DNA of 60,029 nucleotides. Origin: a virus. Numbering within the stretch: the stretch's first letter is position 1; every line of letters starts with the position of its first letter. A program made the position numbers and the translations under genes. The notes beneath the pieces are model-generated. The model did not search any database and was not told the origin of the DNA. It saw only the letters and a program-made list of their open reading frames with translations. The stretch is taken from UHGV virus genome UHGV-0110462. One strand, written 5' to 3'. Positions 18,270-28,806 of this stretch are shown piece by piece.

Positions 18270-18668
18270 CTAAATCTCATCATCTGCTGGAAACCGGAAT
18301 AGATATTTGTCTGCAAGTTGATTTCTAACTTCTCCGGTAAAAGTTATTGATACACCTTCTAAATTATCAGCTGCTTTCTGAATCAAATGCTTATTGATTT
18401 CACACTGTGCATACTTTTCTCTGCACATTTCCATAGCTTTGATTGCTTTTTCTTCGGTGGAATATTTAGCTAAAATATAAACTCTATCTCCTTTGCCAAT
18501 GTCATTCCCTGGAAATGTTCCAACGATTGTTGCCATATTTCCTGAATACGGGGAAATTGCAATTAATTCATAAGGCGCATCCAGTAATCCGTTCTGACTA
18601 ATGATTCTCATAACTAACTCCACCTTTCGTATCCCATGCGCACATATCACAATCCTCAGGACATACAT
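18270..18668 (-). CDS. hypothetical early protein
   Basis: ORF only. Confidence 0.4.
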   Translation of the reverse strand: MYVLRIVICAHGIRKVELVMRIISQNGLLDAPYELIAISPYSGNMATIVGTFPGNDIGKGDRVYILAKYSTEEKAIKAMEMCREKYAQCEINKHLIQKAADNLEGVSITFTGEVRNQLADKYLFRFPADDEI

Positions 18669-18761
18669 TTGCCTTTATTGCTCTTTCGCACATCTCCATT
18701 TTCAATTTCCTATCATCCTCAATGTCCTTGATAAAACCGAGTTTCCTCAAGATTTTATGAA

Positions 18762-19067
18762 TCAGTGATTCTTTTCGCACTTTATTTCCCTCTTTCTTCT
18801 TGCCATGACCATGTTCTTTCCGCTTTTCTGCAATTCGCCATAAATCGAATCACATATTGCTGATATCCCACTGTTTCTCGACAGACTCTCAAAATAAATT
18901 GTATCCGTCTTTTCCCATGTCCTTGTTGGTGCGTGATAAAATCTTCCGTCTGCTGTCTCTACCATCGTCTGTTCCTCACATGCTGTAGGTGTGTAGAATT
19001 TCACACATATACCTAGTACACCTGATTCGTAACATCTGATTTTGTCACCGATATCAAACCTTCTCAT
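18762..19067 (-). CDS. hypothetical early protein
   Basis: ORF only. Confidence 0.35.
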   Translation of the reverse strand: MRRFDIGDKIRCYESGVLGICVKFYTPTACEEQTMVETADGRFYHAPTRTWEKTDTIYFESLSRNSGISAICDSIYGELQKSGKNMVMARRKREIKCEKNH

Positions 19068-19198
19068 TTTGCTCTTCCTCTGTGATACTTCACTTTATTG
19101 TTTTTGATTGCATCCCATACAATCTTTTTAAATTCTTCATCTGTAATCGCTATTACTTTCCCATGTTCCAATCTTCTTTCTTCAAACGTCAACTTGCT

Positions 19199-19747
19199 TC
19201 ACTCCTTTGTGATCATATCCAAAAATAACAATTCATCTCTCTTCAATGTAATGTCATAATCTTTCCACTTTTTCACAAGCTCTCTTATGTCAAATCCATG
19301 AGGAACTATAATTGCGTAACCATGTGGAGTTTTGTGTGATTCATAATTTTCTATTCCAGAATAAAAGTAAATATCTTCAATAAAATCATCTACCTTCTCT
19401 TCATCATCCACATCAAAATCGAATAACCATTTACTCTCATCACGGTTCTCTGCTTGCTGTGCAACCGAAGCTAATGTACGATTCAGCTTTGTCATACTTG
19501 GTTTATCTCTAAGCAATCTAATAATAAGCTCTTCTCTTATCTTTTCTTCATTACGAGAATTTACAGACCGATACAATCTTGTCTGTTCGCCTGGAACTCC
19601 ATCAGCTGCAAATTTATGAAATTCTTTGATTACTCTATCTTCATTTTCTTTGTATTCTAAGATAGTTTTTGCACGTTCTTTGAAATTAGGAACATCTTTG
19701 TTGTCTTTATTTCTTGAACGAATTAGATATACATATAAATCAGACAT
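19199..19747 (-). CDS. hypothetical early protein
   Basis: ORF only. Confidence 0.45.
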   Translation of the reverse strand: MSDLYVYLIRSRNKDNKDVPNFKERAKTILEYKENEDRVIKEFHKFAADGVPGEQTRLYRSVNSRNEEKIREELIIRLLRDKPSMTKLNRTLASVAQQAENRDESKWLFDFDVDDEEKVDDFIEDIYFYSGIENYESHKTPHGYAIIVPHGFDIRELVKKWKDYDITLKRDELLFLDMITKE

Positions 19748-19866
19748 TATTATTTACCTTTCTATTTAGTTAATCTCAAACCGCTTTAGTTTTTTGAACA
19801 GTTTTCTTTCTTGCAATCCCGACCCAATCTCCAACTTTCAATGTGTCTTTGTCTATCTCTTTTAAT

Positions 19867-20286
19867 TCAATGCGCAATCTTTATACCTCCAATAAAATCA
19901 AATATATCCATTTGCCCCTCAATGTTTTCATCTTCCATCCACCATAAAAAAGCATCGTTACCGTTTTTCCATCGGCACGGTAAACCTCTTGATTTTCTTT
20001 CTTTAACCATCCGGTCAAATGCATGGATATACAAATTTTTATATTTTGGGAAATCAGCAAATTCTTTGTATCTTTTCTTTCCAGCCATCGGACAACCTAT
20101 GCAACCAACACGATCATATCCGCACTGATACAGTTCGCAAGTCGAAATGTTTTCCGAATTTATGTATTCCCACACATCCGAGTCTTTTCCGCCGGAATAA
20201 GTACATACAAGTGGCTTACCGTAGTGGTATAAGCTCATATCTGATGCAGCCTGAATCCTTTTGATTGCTTTTTGTTCTAAATCCAT
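19867..20286 (-). CDS. PAPS-reductase family (PP-loop) protein, short form
   Basis: PP-loop motif CTYSGGKDSDV, plus CGYDRVGCIGCP. Confidence 0.55.
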   Translation of the reverse strand: MDLEQKAIKRIQAASDMSLYHYGKPLVCTYSGGKDSDVWEYINSENISTCELYQCGYDRVGCIGCPMAGKKRYKEFADFPKYKNLYIHAFDRMVKERKSRGLPCRWKNGNDAFLWWMEDENIEGQMDIFDFIGGIKIAH

Positions 20287-20346
20287 TCTTACTCAGAGCA
20301 AAGATATCTTTTCTGTGCGCACAAATCTCCTGCTCCTTTCTGTAAT

Positions 20347-20619
20347 TTACATAACTTCTAATAGTACGGTTTTAAGTTCCAAAGTACCATCCGCTTCTAT
20401 CCATGCGACAGCAAGAAAATCATTGTCGTAGGCACACGAAGAAAAACCATCTTCAAATCTAATCTCGAACTGTATTCCTTTTTCTTCCAATGCAGACTTA
20501 ATTTCTTCGTCCATTTCAAAATCATTTCCATTTTCATCTTCACGGTATCTCGAATAGTATTCGTTACTTTCTCGATAATACTTTTCAATAATTTCTTCTA
20601 TTAATTCTCTAATCATCAT
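20347..20619 (-). CDS. hypothetical protein
   Basis: ORF only. Confidence 0.35.
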   Translation of the reverse strand: MMIRELIEEIIEKYYRESNEYYSRYREDENGNDFEMDEEIKSALEEKGIQFEIRFEDGFSSCAYDNDFLAVAWIEADGTLELKTVLLEVM

Positions 20620-20834
20620 TTCACCTCATTTGCCACCTGGAATCCCATTCTTGCCACATTCTTCAAGTTATCCTTAATCAATGCTTTGTTCGGACTTCTG
20701 TGTGTATCAAGAAATTTCCACAGCTCTATCTGTTCACTTGGCATGTTTGCGAAATAATCAGCCGTGTACTCATACTCAGCTTTTGCGACTTTCAAACACT
20801 GAATCATGTAATCTATCTTTTCTCCTGTGTTCAT
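20616..20834 (-). CDS. hypothetical protein
   Basis: ORF only. Confidence 0.35.
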   Translation of the reverse strand: MNTGEKIDYMIQCLKVAKAEYEYTADYFANMPSEQIELWKFLDTHRSPNKALIKDNLKNVARMGFQVANEVK

Positions 20835-20836
20835 GA

Positions 20837-21463
20837 CTACTCCTTTACCTCAACAACTTTTCCGTCAACCATCGTGTACCATGTATCTTCTTTGATTGTT
20901 TCTCCGTCAACACGAACAATCACAGCATCTTTGAGTTCCCACATATCTTCTTTCCAGTAGTTTAATGATTCATTTCCTTTACACTCCCAGTCTGCAAGGA
21001 CAAGGAACGAGCCTTTCACGCCTTTTGCTTTTCCTTTATATCCCCAAGCCACAGCGACAGAGTTAGTGCTTTCTGCTGAGGATGCTCCTTTGTATCCTGT
21101 CGCTGAGGATGCTCCTTTGTAATCATAAGAATCCGCTTCTAGTTTTACTCTTTCTTTCGTATATTCAATAGCTGCTTCTACTAATCCTGCAATACTAAGT
21201 TTTTCACCAATTTTGATTTTTGTTGATGCAACTTTTGTATCGTCTGATTCTTTCGAAAGCTTTCCACTCTGTTCAACTTCATGATATACACTTTCCGAAG
21301 GACTGTAATAACTAAGACAATCCAACGGATATTCACAAGCATGGAATCCATTTTCACAAACTAATGCATTGCTTTCTTCATATTCTTTACCTTCCTCATA
21401 CTGAAAACCTCTGCAAGTCATATCTTTTTTGAATCCTTTGTATGATTTAATAACTTCACTCAT
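20837..21463 (-). CDS. hypothetical phage protein with internal YKGASSA repeat
   Basis: Tandem repeat DYKGASSATGYKGASSAE. Confidence 0.45.
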   Translation of the reverse strand: MSEVIKSYKGFKKDMTCRGFQYEEGKEYEESNALVCENGFHACEYPLDCLSYYSPSESVYHEVEQSGKLSKESDDTKVASTKIKIGEKLSIAGLVEAAIEYTKERVKLEADSYDYKGASSATGYKGASSAESTNSVAVAWGYKGKAKGVKGSFLVLADWECKGNESLNYWKEDMWELKDAVIVRVDGETIKEDTWYTMVDGKVVEVKE

Positions 21464-21468
21464 ATTCT

Positions 21469-21999
21469 CTATCCTTTCTCTTCAATCATTCCAACATTTC
21501 TGTTATCTGTAATTGCATTTCTGATAACTAAACTCATCTTACCGAACAGTGTTTCGTTTCTCACTTCTTCTCGGTAAGATCGCATAAAGTTTGAACTAGC
21601 TACCTGTTCATTGTAATTTTTGTCTATTGCCCATGTTCTTAACTGACTAGGGCTGCCAACTGCTTTCTGAACAAGCTTCGGAAGTTTCTCAAATTCTTCA
21701 TCAGCATAATACCCGCATCTTTTGAGTGCTTTGCTGACAAGCGACCACGCTTCTACTTCGTTCATCTGTTTTGGTTGAGTAATGAACTGAATCTTCTCCA
21801 TTAATTGTCCTGGGACTGGTGCAAAACCTTTTGTGTCTGATCTGATGTAAGCCATTAAAGCTTGTTCAACAACGCTGTATTCTTCTTCTTCGAATATCTT
21901 CTGCCACATATTGACGGTGTATTGCTTGTCTTGCACATCCCATTGAGGATACGTGGCTTGAATCATCATTATGATTTGAATTGTTTCATTTTTTGTCAT
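21469..21999 (-). CDS. putative replication accessory protein (G39P-like helicase loader, tentative)
   Basis: Position after the replisome organizer. N-terminus MTKNETIQIIMMIQATYPQW resembles SPP1 G39P-type loaders. Memory-based assignment. Confidence 0.35.
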   Translation of the reverse strand: MTKNETIQIIMMIQATYPQWDVQDKQYTVNMWQKIFEEEEYSVVEQALMAYIRSDTKGFAPVPGQLMEKIQFITQPKQMNEVEAWSLVSKALKRCGYYADEEFEKLPKLVQKAVGSPSQLRTWAIDKNYNEQVASSNFMRSYREEVRNETLFGKMSLVIRNAITDNRNVGMIEEKG

Positions 22000-22727
22000 G
22001 TCCGTAACTCACTCCATTCAGAAATCTTTCCATTGGCAGAATTTGCAGTAGATGAGCTCTGATTTAAGTAACTCTCAAATTTAGTCCCGAACAATGTCTC
22101 TGGTCTCAAAAACTTGCTCATGTTTGTCCCGTTCCAATCAGCGTATTTCTTGTCAATCACTGCCTTGAAATCATAAACAGTGAAATGTTCATTCAGCCTT
22201 GCTCTAATATGCTTCTGAGTGCTTTGAGTTTGATATCTGTATCTTGCTCCGGTTCTCATATTCAAGTACGATATGATTTCTTTGATTGACTCAATCTGAC
22301 TGCTTGTTTCATCAATTTGTGCGATTTCTCTATCAGATGTGATCTTTTCAGTTGCCGGGACGCATCTCTTATCCATCTGAGATTCATCAAGAGTGTAAGC
22401 CTTGTTCTTTTTCAACCCAAGCATCTTCTTTTCATCGATGCAGTCGGTTGGCTTATATCGGTCAGATTGAATGTAGTTATGCATTCTCCAATGCTTGATT
22501 ACGATAACACCACTTTCAAACGTCAGAATGAATCTCTTCATAATTAACAAGTCATAATCATTGTTTGAAGCACCACACATTCTCTGAATCTTCCGTGGAT
22601 TGCTGACAAATCCATCATCGTCAGCATTCATCGAAAGATGGAAGTAAAGCATCTGAGAGCTGCTAGGCATTCCCAAAAATTCATCTGATTCTGTGATTCT
22701 TTTCGTAAACATTATTCTCTCTCCCAA
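21996..22727 (-). CDS. phage replisome organizer (DnaD-like N-terminal domain + conserved phage C-terminus)
   Basis: Family-typical DDGFVSNPRKIQRMCG...LLIMKRFILTFESGVIVIKHW, with a C-terminal region. Sits upstream of SSB. Confidence 0.6.
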   Translation of the reverse strand: MGERIMFTKRITESDEFLGMPSSSQMLYFHLSMNADDDGFVSNPRKIQRMCGASNNDYDLLIMKRFILTFESGVIVIKHWRMHNYIQSDRYKPTDCIDEKKMLGLKKNKAYTLDESQMDKRCVPATEKITSDREIAQIDETSSQIESIKEIISYLNMRTGARYRYQTQSTQKHIRARLNEHFTVYDFKAVIDKKYADWNGTNMSKFLRPETLFGTKFESYLNQSSSTANSANGKISEWSELRT

Positions 22728-22728
22728 A

Positions 22729-23250
22729 TCAAACTCCCTCTGGCTTTAATTCTGCCTTTCTTTTTAAATATCTCTTTCTGTCATATTCTTTCTTGTGTTC
22801 CATGTGAGATTTTCTCCACTTTTTACATTTTTTCGTATTGCAATCAGTGTCATAAGAACTGGAATGATTCTTTTTAATCCTTTCCTTATTCTTCAGATAA
22901 TATTGTTTATTGTATTCAGAACGATCTCTTTTGACTGGATGTTCTTTCCTGTACAGCTTTTCTCTCTCTGCTCTGTATTCATTGTCCGTACCTTTATGAT
23001 ACTTTTCACCTGTTGACTCTTCGTAAAACTGATAGTCTCGATTATTAGTCTCTGACATATCGCTTGACGTAAGTTCGTCCCATATACAATCGGAATACGG
23101 ACAATTAAAACAATCTGGATGACAACACTTTTTCGGCTTATGAGAACGGGAGTTCATCTTCAACACCTTCAGGAATAGACATGAAATCGTCTCCGCTAGA
23201 ACCGTATGGTGATTTTCCAGCTTCTGCATTGCTAGCAGTGGAACTTTCAT
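22729..23250 (-). CDS. hypothetical Cys/Lys-rich protein
   Basis: CCHPDCFNCPYSDC with a basic C-terminus. Its 5' end overlaps the SSB gene in another frame, so the start is uncertain. Confidence 0.35.
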   Translation of the reverse strand: MKVPLLAMQKLENHHTVLAETISCLFLKVLKMNSRSHKPKKCCHPDCFNCPYSDCIWDELTSSDMSETNNRDYQFYEESTGEKYHKGTDNEYRAEREKLYRKEHPVKRDRSEYNKQYYLKNKERIKKNHSSSYDTDCNTKKCKKWRKSHMEHKKEYDRKRYLKRKAELKPEGV

Positions 23251-23575
23251 TACTCTCTGATTTACTCTGAGCTATTTCCTGTGACTCTACGATAATCTCT
23301 GTCGTAAAAACAGTCTGTCCATCTTTGTTCTTGTAACTTCCAGTCTGAATTCTTCCAGTAATCGCAACTCTCATTCCTTTTCGGAAATATTTTTCTGTGA
23401 ATTCTGCTGATTTCCCAAACACTGTACAATTTATAAAATCAACTGTAGGATCACCGTCTCTCTTCCATTTTCTTTCAACTGCCAGTGAAAACTTTGCTAC
23501 TGAAACACTTTCATTTTGTCCATATCTCACTTCCGGATCACGGACAAGTCTGCCAAGTAAACTTACATTGTTCAT
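23138..23575 (-). CDS. ssb: single-stranded DNA-binding protein
   Basis: OB-fold N-terminus GRLVRDPEVRYGQNESVSVAKFSLAV. Acidic tail ending DELPFS. Confidence 0.85.
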   Translation of the reverse strand: MNNVSLLGRLVRDPEVRYGQNESVSVAKFSLAVERKWKRDGDPTVDFINCTVFGKSAEFTEKYFRKGMRVAITGRIQTGSYKNKDGQTVFTTEIIVESQEIAQSKSESNESSTASNAEAGKSPYGSSGDDFMSIPEGVEDELPFS

Positions 23576-23973
23576 TCTTCTACCTCTGATATAACCATTT
23601 CAATTCTCGGATTCTGTCTGTCAACATCTGTATGAAACTCGCTGTCAAGTACGCAATCATATTTGTCAGAAGATAAGATTCCGCACTGCTGTAATGCATC
23701 AAGAGCAGATTTCTCCACTGCTGCATATACATTTCCCCTGTCGTGTTTCTTATTCTCAACATAGATATAATAGGTACATCTTATCGGAGTTTTCAGTTTT
23801 ACCCCTCTCATGCATTTGTAAAAAGCTTTCTTGCACTTATCATCATTCATGCTTTTGACAAAGTTTCTGTACTTCTTTGTTCTAGGATCATATTTTCTCC
23901 CGGCAAGTAACTCATTAAGTCCCCTTATCGGAAACTGACCGTTCTTGTTGTCTATAGTCACATGATATTCCAT
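23572..23973 (-). CDS. rusA: RusA-family Holliday junction resolvase
   Basis: KHDRGNVYAAVEKSALDALQQCGILSSDKYDCVLDSEF...RIEMVISEV parallels E. coli RusA [26 protein letters not shown]...LELTITEM. Confidence 0.6.
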   Translation of the reverse strand: MEYHVTIDNKNGQFPIRGLNELLAGRKYDPRTKKYRNFVKSMNDDKCKKAFYKCMRGVKLKTPIRCTYYIYVENKKHDRGNVYAAVEKSALDALQQCGILSSDKYDCVLDSEFHTDVDRQNPRIEMVISEVEE

Positions 23974-24827
23974 TACTTATCACCCTTTTTCTCGTTTTCT
24001 TCTTCCTCTTTCATTAACTCTGATATCTGACTTGCTGTCTTCGGCTGCTCGAACCAATCTGACACGGTTGTTTCTTTATGAATAAGACCGTTGTAAATTC
24101 CAGTATATTCAACCAGTTCATCAGAAGTCATGGTCTCAACTTTGTGGTTAAGGCGTTTCTCAATCATTTCCTGTGTCACGCCTTTCTTAGAAAAGTACGC
24201 AACCAGTGTTCTTACTCTGTCAGACAGTGGTAAGCTCTCTTCTCCCCTGAGAGTCTTCTTACACTCATTGATACAGTTTTCGATAAGGTCAGGTGGCAAA
24301 ATCGCAAGAATACGACTTCTGAGTCTTCTTGCTCCATCGTTTGCAGTCTTCTCATAGATGTCACGCTGAGATGTGAGCTTGTTATTCCCGTACCGTGTCT
24401 CTCTGATATGCTCAACAGTAAAGTTCTGACTGGAAATAGTGTTCGTTTCCAAATCCCAAGCGTAAGCCTGCATCTCAGACCGTCCCTCTTCGTGTGAAAG
24501 CTCTTTAATACCGTAATCCATGTTTCCGTAGCAGCGAGCAAGTTCTTCAGCGAATCTGATCGTAACTCCTGTGACAGTTTCTTTTCCTCTTGGATAAGAA
24601 TAGAATGCACTTTCGGCGAATCCTTTCCGCTGACACGCTTCAATCGCCTTGGTGTAAGATTGTGTGTAGTTTCTAGGAAACTGTTTCGCCAACAGAAGCT
24701 TTCCCTGTGCTTCTACCATGGCTCTGCTTGACTCAATAGCAACAGTTCCCTGATTTATTTTTGATGTATCAGCCATTGGAATTGTAGGTGTTCCTACCTG
24801 ATACTCTTTTACTTCATTGTTTGACAT
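23973..24827 (-). CDS. recT: RecT-family single-strand annealing recombinase
   Basis: Family-like core with RLRSRILAILPPDLIE. Paired with the upstream exonuclease. Confidence 0.75.
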   Translation of the reverse strand: MSNNEVKEYQVGTPTIPMADTSKINQGTVAIESSRAMVEAQGKLLLAKQFPRNYTQSYTKAIEACQRKGFAESAFYSYPRGKETVTGVTIRFAEELARCYGNMDYGIKELSHEEGRSEMQAYAWDLETNTISSQNFTVEHIRETRYGNNKLTSQRDIYEKTANDGARRLRSRILAILPPDLIENCINECKKTLRGEESLPLSDRVRTLVAYFSKKGVTQEMIEKRLNHKVETMTSDELVEYTGIYNGLIHKETTVSDWFEQPKTASQISELMKEEEENEKKGDK

Positions 24828-24841
24828 AGTTGTTTATCCTC

Positions 24842-25654
24842 CTATTCAAATTCTTTCTGTAACCATTTTGGCAATCCAAGACTCTGTACGTCCCCGGTTT
24901 CTCCCATGTATCCATACCAGTTGTCAGTAACCTTGCAGTTATGGTATATTTCCATCAAATCGTGGAACAAGTTCTTTCCCTCAATCATCATGTATTCATC
25001 GGCTTGAAGAATGTTGATCGCATACGGCGGTTTCTTTTCCTGTGCCACGAAAATGAATATCGCATCTTCACCAGTGTTCGCTTTGTACCCCTCGCAGTAC
25101 ATTCCGGCTTGCAGATCATATCCATATTTGATAGCCGTTGCTCTGAAAGCTTCTGTTTCTGCGTTGTCCGTGGTTTTATAGTCAACAAGGATGTGCTGAT
25201 TTCCAATAATGGTAATGTCATCCGGTCTGCACTTGCACTCTTCTCCTGTCTGTTCATCAGTCCAGAAAAATGACTTTTCATGTTCACCGGAAAAAAGTCT
25301 CTTTGCAAATTTATTAGAGTCAACTACTTCTGCCATGGCTTTTATTTTCTCCATGTCATCGGAAGAAACCACGTCTTTCCCATCATTTTCTTCCAACCAC
25401 TTCGCATATTCTTCTTTTCCGGCTTTAGTTCTCCTGTCTACATTCAGAGCAACAGCAAATTCACTGTCAAAATCATCACGCTCAAGAATATACTTGTGGC
25501 ACGCACTTCCAAATATGAGTGCTGCTGTTTTGTCTTCCTTGTTCTCCATTGACCATTTAAAATGAAGTGGAGACTTTGTAATCTTGAACAAGTCTGATTT
25601 ACTGATTGCCGGATGCGCTCTATATTCGCTTTGTGGAATTGATAATCCAGCCAT
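24842..25654 (-). CDS. YqaJ/lambda-exo-like PD-(D/E)xK recombination exonuclease
   Basis: CRPDDITIIGNQHILVDYKTT carries the PD-(D/E)xK motif. Exonuclease-RecT pair. Confidence 0.75.
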   Translation of the reverse strand: MAGLSIPQSEYRAHPAISKSDLFKITKSPLHFKWSMENKEDKTAALIFGSACHKYILERDDFDSEFAVALNVDRRTKAGKEEYAKWLEENDGKDVVSSDDMEKIKAMAEVVDSNKFAKRLFSGEHEKSFFWTDEQTGEECKCRPDDITIIGNQHILVDYKTTDNAETEAFRATAIKYGYDLQAGMYCEGYKANTGEDAIFIFVAQEKKPPYAINILQADEYMMIEGKNLFHDLMEIYHNCKVTDNWYGYMGETGDVQSLGLPKWLQKEFE

Positions 25655-25851
25655 CAGAATACCCCTCCCTCGTTTTCCTTATCTAATGGAATAGAACAAA
25701 TACTTGCGATTTTCTTTTTATCAATATAATTACTTGATTCTGATTCGATTTCAGCACTGATATGTTCTTTCAATACCATGAGTTCCGCTTCCTTTCTCAG
25801 CAATCCCATGAGCGTTTCCATTGGAATAGTTACTTTTATAATCTCGTTCAT
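25654..25851 (-). CDS. hypothetical small protein
   Basis: ORF only. Confidence 0.3.
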   Translation of the reverse strand: MNEIIKVTIPMETLMGLLRKEAELMVLKEHISAEIESESSNYIDKKKIASICSIPLDKENEGGVF

Positions 25852-26591
25852 ACAATCCTCCTATACTGATCGTTTAAACAATCCTCACATAACATTTCTC
25901 CCGATATGCAATAGAAGTAATCTCCATCATCGAGTTTGCATCCGCAACAAGTGCATTCTACATCAGGTTCTTCTTGTTCAAAGTTATCATCACATTTATA
26001 CAAATCGGATAAGCACTCCTTTCTCTTTGTCGATAATTGCTCTGTTTTTGCAATTCTTCCTTATTATATGTAAGTATGCAAAATCTTCTAATGCACACTC
26101 CCATTCTTCCGGTTTTAATCCATCAGCAGACACGATATCTGATTCTTCTTCGGTAAGTACTCTTGTTTTCATGGTTCATCTCCTAAATTTATCAATGCTC
26201 TTCGTCTTGTTCGTGTACTTATTGATAATCTTCAAGTAGAATTCTGTTTCCTCAAGAAGCATCCAGTCTTTGGCGTTCAGATAATGTGCTGCTACACACT
26301 TCTTTTGCCACAACGATAGTTTCTTTGGTTGTTTCATTTCTCCTCCTATGCTATTATTAAGTTGGTTTTATAGCCGAGTGCCAGAAGGTTGCCGCCTTTG
26401 TTATGGCACTCTTTTTAATATCCGCATATCGCCCATACCGCTGTCATAATCATTGGTAAAGCTACCGATATCACTCCTACAAGAAATGGTGTCAGGTCAT
26501 CGTCAGATTCATCTTCTTCCATCACTTGGAGTTCTCTTCGGATATCAATTACTTCAAGCTTCTTCCTTTTGATATCAATTACATCTAACAT

Positions 26592-26843
26592 TTATTTATC
26601 CTCATAGTTACGAGGAATCATGTCCTCTGTCAGTACGTAGAAATCGCTGAGGTACGCTCCGTCTTCCGTGATGCTTAAATCAGCAGCAACGTTGTTCTCG
26701 TTCATCAGCATGATTCTCAACGCGCACTCTTCTCCGATTGTTCCGTTGCCAACAGATAAGACCTTGAACCCTTTCAGTGCGTGAAGTTCTTCAGAATCTC
26801 CATTAATTCTCTTATCGACAATCTTTTTCTTCATTACTTTCAC
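26592..26843 (-). CDS. hypothetical small protein
   Basis: ORF only. Confidence 0.35.
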   Translation of the reverse strand: MKVMKKKIVDKRINGDSEELHALKGFKVLSVGNGTIGEECALRIMLMNENNVAADLSITEDGAYLSDFYVLTEDMIPRNYEDK

Positions 26844-26863
26844 CTCTCTTCGTCAGTACCCAC

Positions 26864-27613
26864 TCACGCTGCCTGCTCAATCACCGGAACATAACCATGT
26901 TTTTTCAATTCTTCGTAAAGAAATAGGCGACCTTTCTGTGTCCATTCAGTCTGCATTGCAACATCCGGTCTTCCATCAGTCCTTGTAATATCAATCGTCC
27001 GGCTGTGAACATATCCTTTATTTTGATATTTGGAATATAGAACCCATTGACCGCCAACCTTGTACTGAATTTTTAATTCCTTAAGAATTTGATTGAACTT
27101 TCTTCCGCTCATGCCATAGTCTTTTGCAATCTGAGTGATAGTTACCAATGACTTTGATTGAAGAATCTTATCTACATAATTTGCTTTCGGCTGTAATTCC
27201 GTTATAATCTTCTGTTGTTCAATAACCTGTTCTCCGAGAAATTTGCATTGAGCTTTCACAGACTCAATCGTTCTATCAGCCATCTTCAATGCCCTAGCCA
27301 TGATCTGCTCCGGTGTGTTCCAGGCTTTTTCCAAGTCCAAGAAATATTGTCTGATTTCTTTTCCCTCCGGTGTTCTCTGAATCATGCAAATTTGTTTCGC
27401 CATATCAACGGAAATGTTATATTCTGTTGAAGGTCTACCGCCTGTACTTTCAGACATTTTTGTCCAAAAGTCTTTTCCAACTTCAAAACCATAATCACAC
27501 ATTCTGTCTATCCACTTCTTAAATGGTGTTTCAATATGAAGTTGTTCATGCAAATCTCTTGCCGATACAGTTGGTTCCTCTGTTTCAAAATTGATTTTTA
27601 GTAATTCGTTCAT
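26864..27613 (-). CDS. phage antirepressor (Rha-like N-terminal domain + KilA-C/ORF6C-like C-terminus); start refined to MNELLKINF
   Basis: AGGAGAAAG RBS before the ATG at 27613. Rha-like N-terminus LLKINFETEEPTVSARDLHEQLHIETPFKKWIDRM. Confidence 0.65.
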   Translation of the reverse strand: MNELLKINFETEEPTVSARDLHEQLHIETPFKKWIDRMCDYGFEVGKDFWTKMSESTGGRPSTEYNISVDMAKQICMIQRTPEGKEIRQYFLDLEKAWNTPEQIMARALKMADRTIESVKAQCKFLGEQVIEQQKIITELQPKANYVDKILQSKSLVTITQIAKDYGMSGRKFNQILKELKIQYKVGGQWVLYSKYQNKGYVHSRTIDITRTDGRPDVAMQTEWTQKGRLFLYEELKKHGYVPVIEQAA

Positions 27614-27845
27614 CTTTCTCCTTTCTGTTGTGATATAATTCATACATCTGATAAATGGAGTTACAGAAATATTGGCTTCGTTACTGCAAGAAACGAAAAG
27701 GCGAATCCCAACATGATATTCATAAGTAGTCCAGCGATTCTCCAACCATGTTCACTTCTTCCGTGCCAGTATGAAATTACGCAAAAAATAGTATTCATAA
27801 TCCATATTGGCACGATGTTTAGAATATTCATACTATCTCCTTTCT

Positions 27846-28076
27846 TTAAAGTTCAGAATCTTGAACTTTCATCGTAAAAAAATAGTCATGAATATCGCTT
27901 TCTGATAAATTCAAAGCTTCAATCGCTCTGCAAATCTCATCCTGTCTCCACATGACATTTCCGTTTAGTTTCAGCGATAATGTGCGTTCTGAGCACTGCA
28001 TAGCCTTTGCGAACTCAGTCTGACTTCCGTATTTTTCTACGATTTTTCCTCTTAGTTTGCTGTAATCAAATGACAT
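27846..28076 (-). CDS. Cro-like XRE-family HTH regulator
   Basis: HTH QTEFAKAMQCSERTLSLKLNG. Divergent from the repressor gene. Confidence 0.65.
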   Translation of the reverse strand: MSFDYSKLRGKIVEKYGSQTEFAKAMQCSERTLSLKLNGNVMWRQDEICRAIEALNLSESDIHDYFFTMKVQDSEL

Positions 28077-28195
28077 CTTTTTGTCTCCTTTCTAGTTCAA
28101 TATCTTGAACTTCTTAAATCATATCATTGCAATTTCAATATGTCAATACTTTTGTTCAACTTTTTTAACTTTTTAGTTTTACGTATTGAACTTTT
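27848..28195. promoter_or_regulatory. CI/Cro operator sites (palindromes built on GTTCAA/TTGAAC)
   Basis: Three palindromes: AAGTTCAgaatcTTGAACTT (27850-27869), GTTCAAtatcTTGAAC (28096-28111), TTGAACttttGTTCAA (28176-28191). One further half-site between them. Confidence 0.55.
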
Positions 28196-28240
28196 GTTCA
28201 AATAGTGTTATATTATTTATCGGAAAGGAGGTGTTACAAA

Positions 28241-28638
28241 TGAAAATAAGCAGTTCTTCTATTAGATTAAAAGAAATAATGGAAAAACAAAATTTAAAGC
28301 AAATTGATATACTGAATAAAACATTGCCATTTTGCGAAAAATATAACGTAAAAATGAACAAGTCTAATATAAGTCAATATGTTTCCGGCAAAGTTGAGCC
28401 GAGTCAAGATAAAATTATGGTATTATCAATGGCTCTTGGAGTAAGTGAAGGATGGCTGATGGGATTTGATGATGGTGAAACAAAAGAGTATTCAGAAGGT
28501 AAAGCTAAGGTTTCAAAAGAAATCGCTGAAGAAGATTTTGAATTTTATAACAAATTCTCTTTATTGAATAAAGAGGAACAAGAAATAATTATGAATTTAA
28601 TAAATTATATGCTATCGCATAAAAAGAGCGAGGACTAA
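28241..28638 (+). CDS. CI-like XRE-family repressor (no peptidase domain)
   Basis: RBS GGAAAGGAGG upstream. HTH LKQIDILNKTLPFCEKYNVKMNKSNISQYVSG. Confidence 0.6.
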
Positions 28639-28806
28639 CCCCACTCTTCTAAAAAAAGTTTAACGAATGTGTGCAGGTACTCTATTGTGCCTGCACTTTC
28701 TATTTTAACGATCATTTCTATTAGTTGCAATCTCAGTCTCTCTTTCTCATCCATACAAATCACCCCTGACCTATCTATAAGAGAAACGAATAACGATTAT
28801 TAAGAA

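Noticed and set aside
25778-26239. 153-aa plus-strand ORF
   Set aside because: It lies antisense to a run of small minus-strand early genes that have their own RBSs (for example MKTRVLTEEE..., MKQPKKLSLW..., MLDVIDIKRKK...). Its hydrophobic, Ser-rich translation looks spurious.
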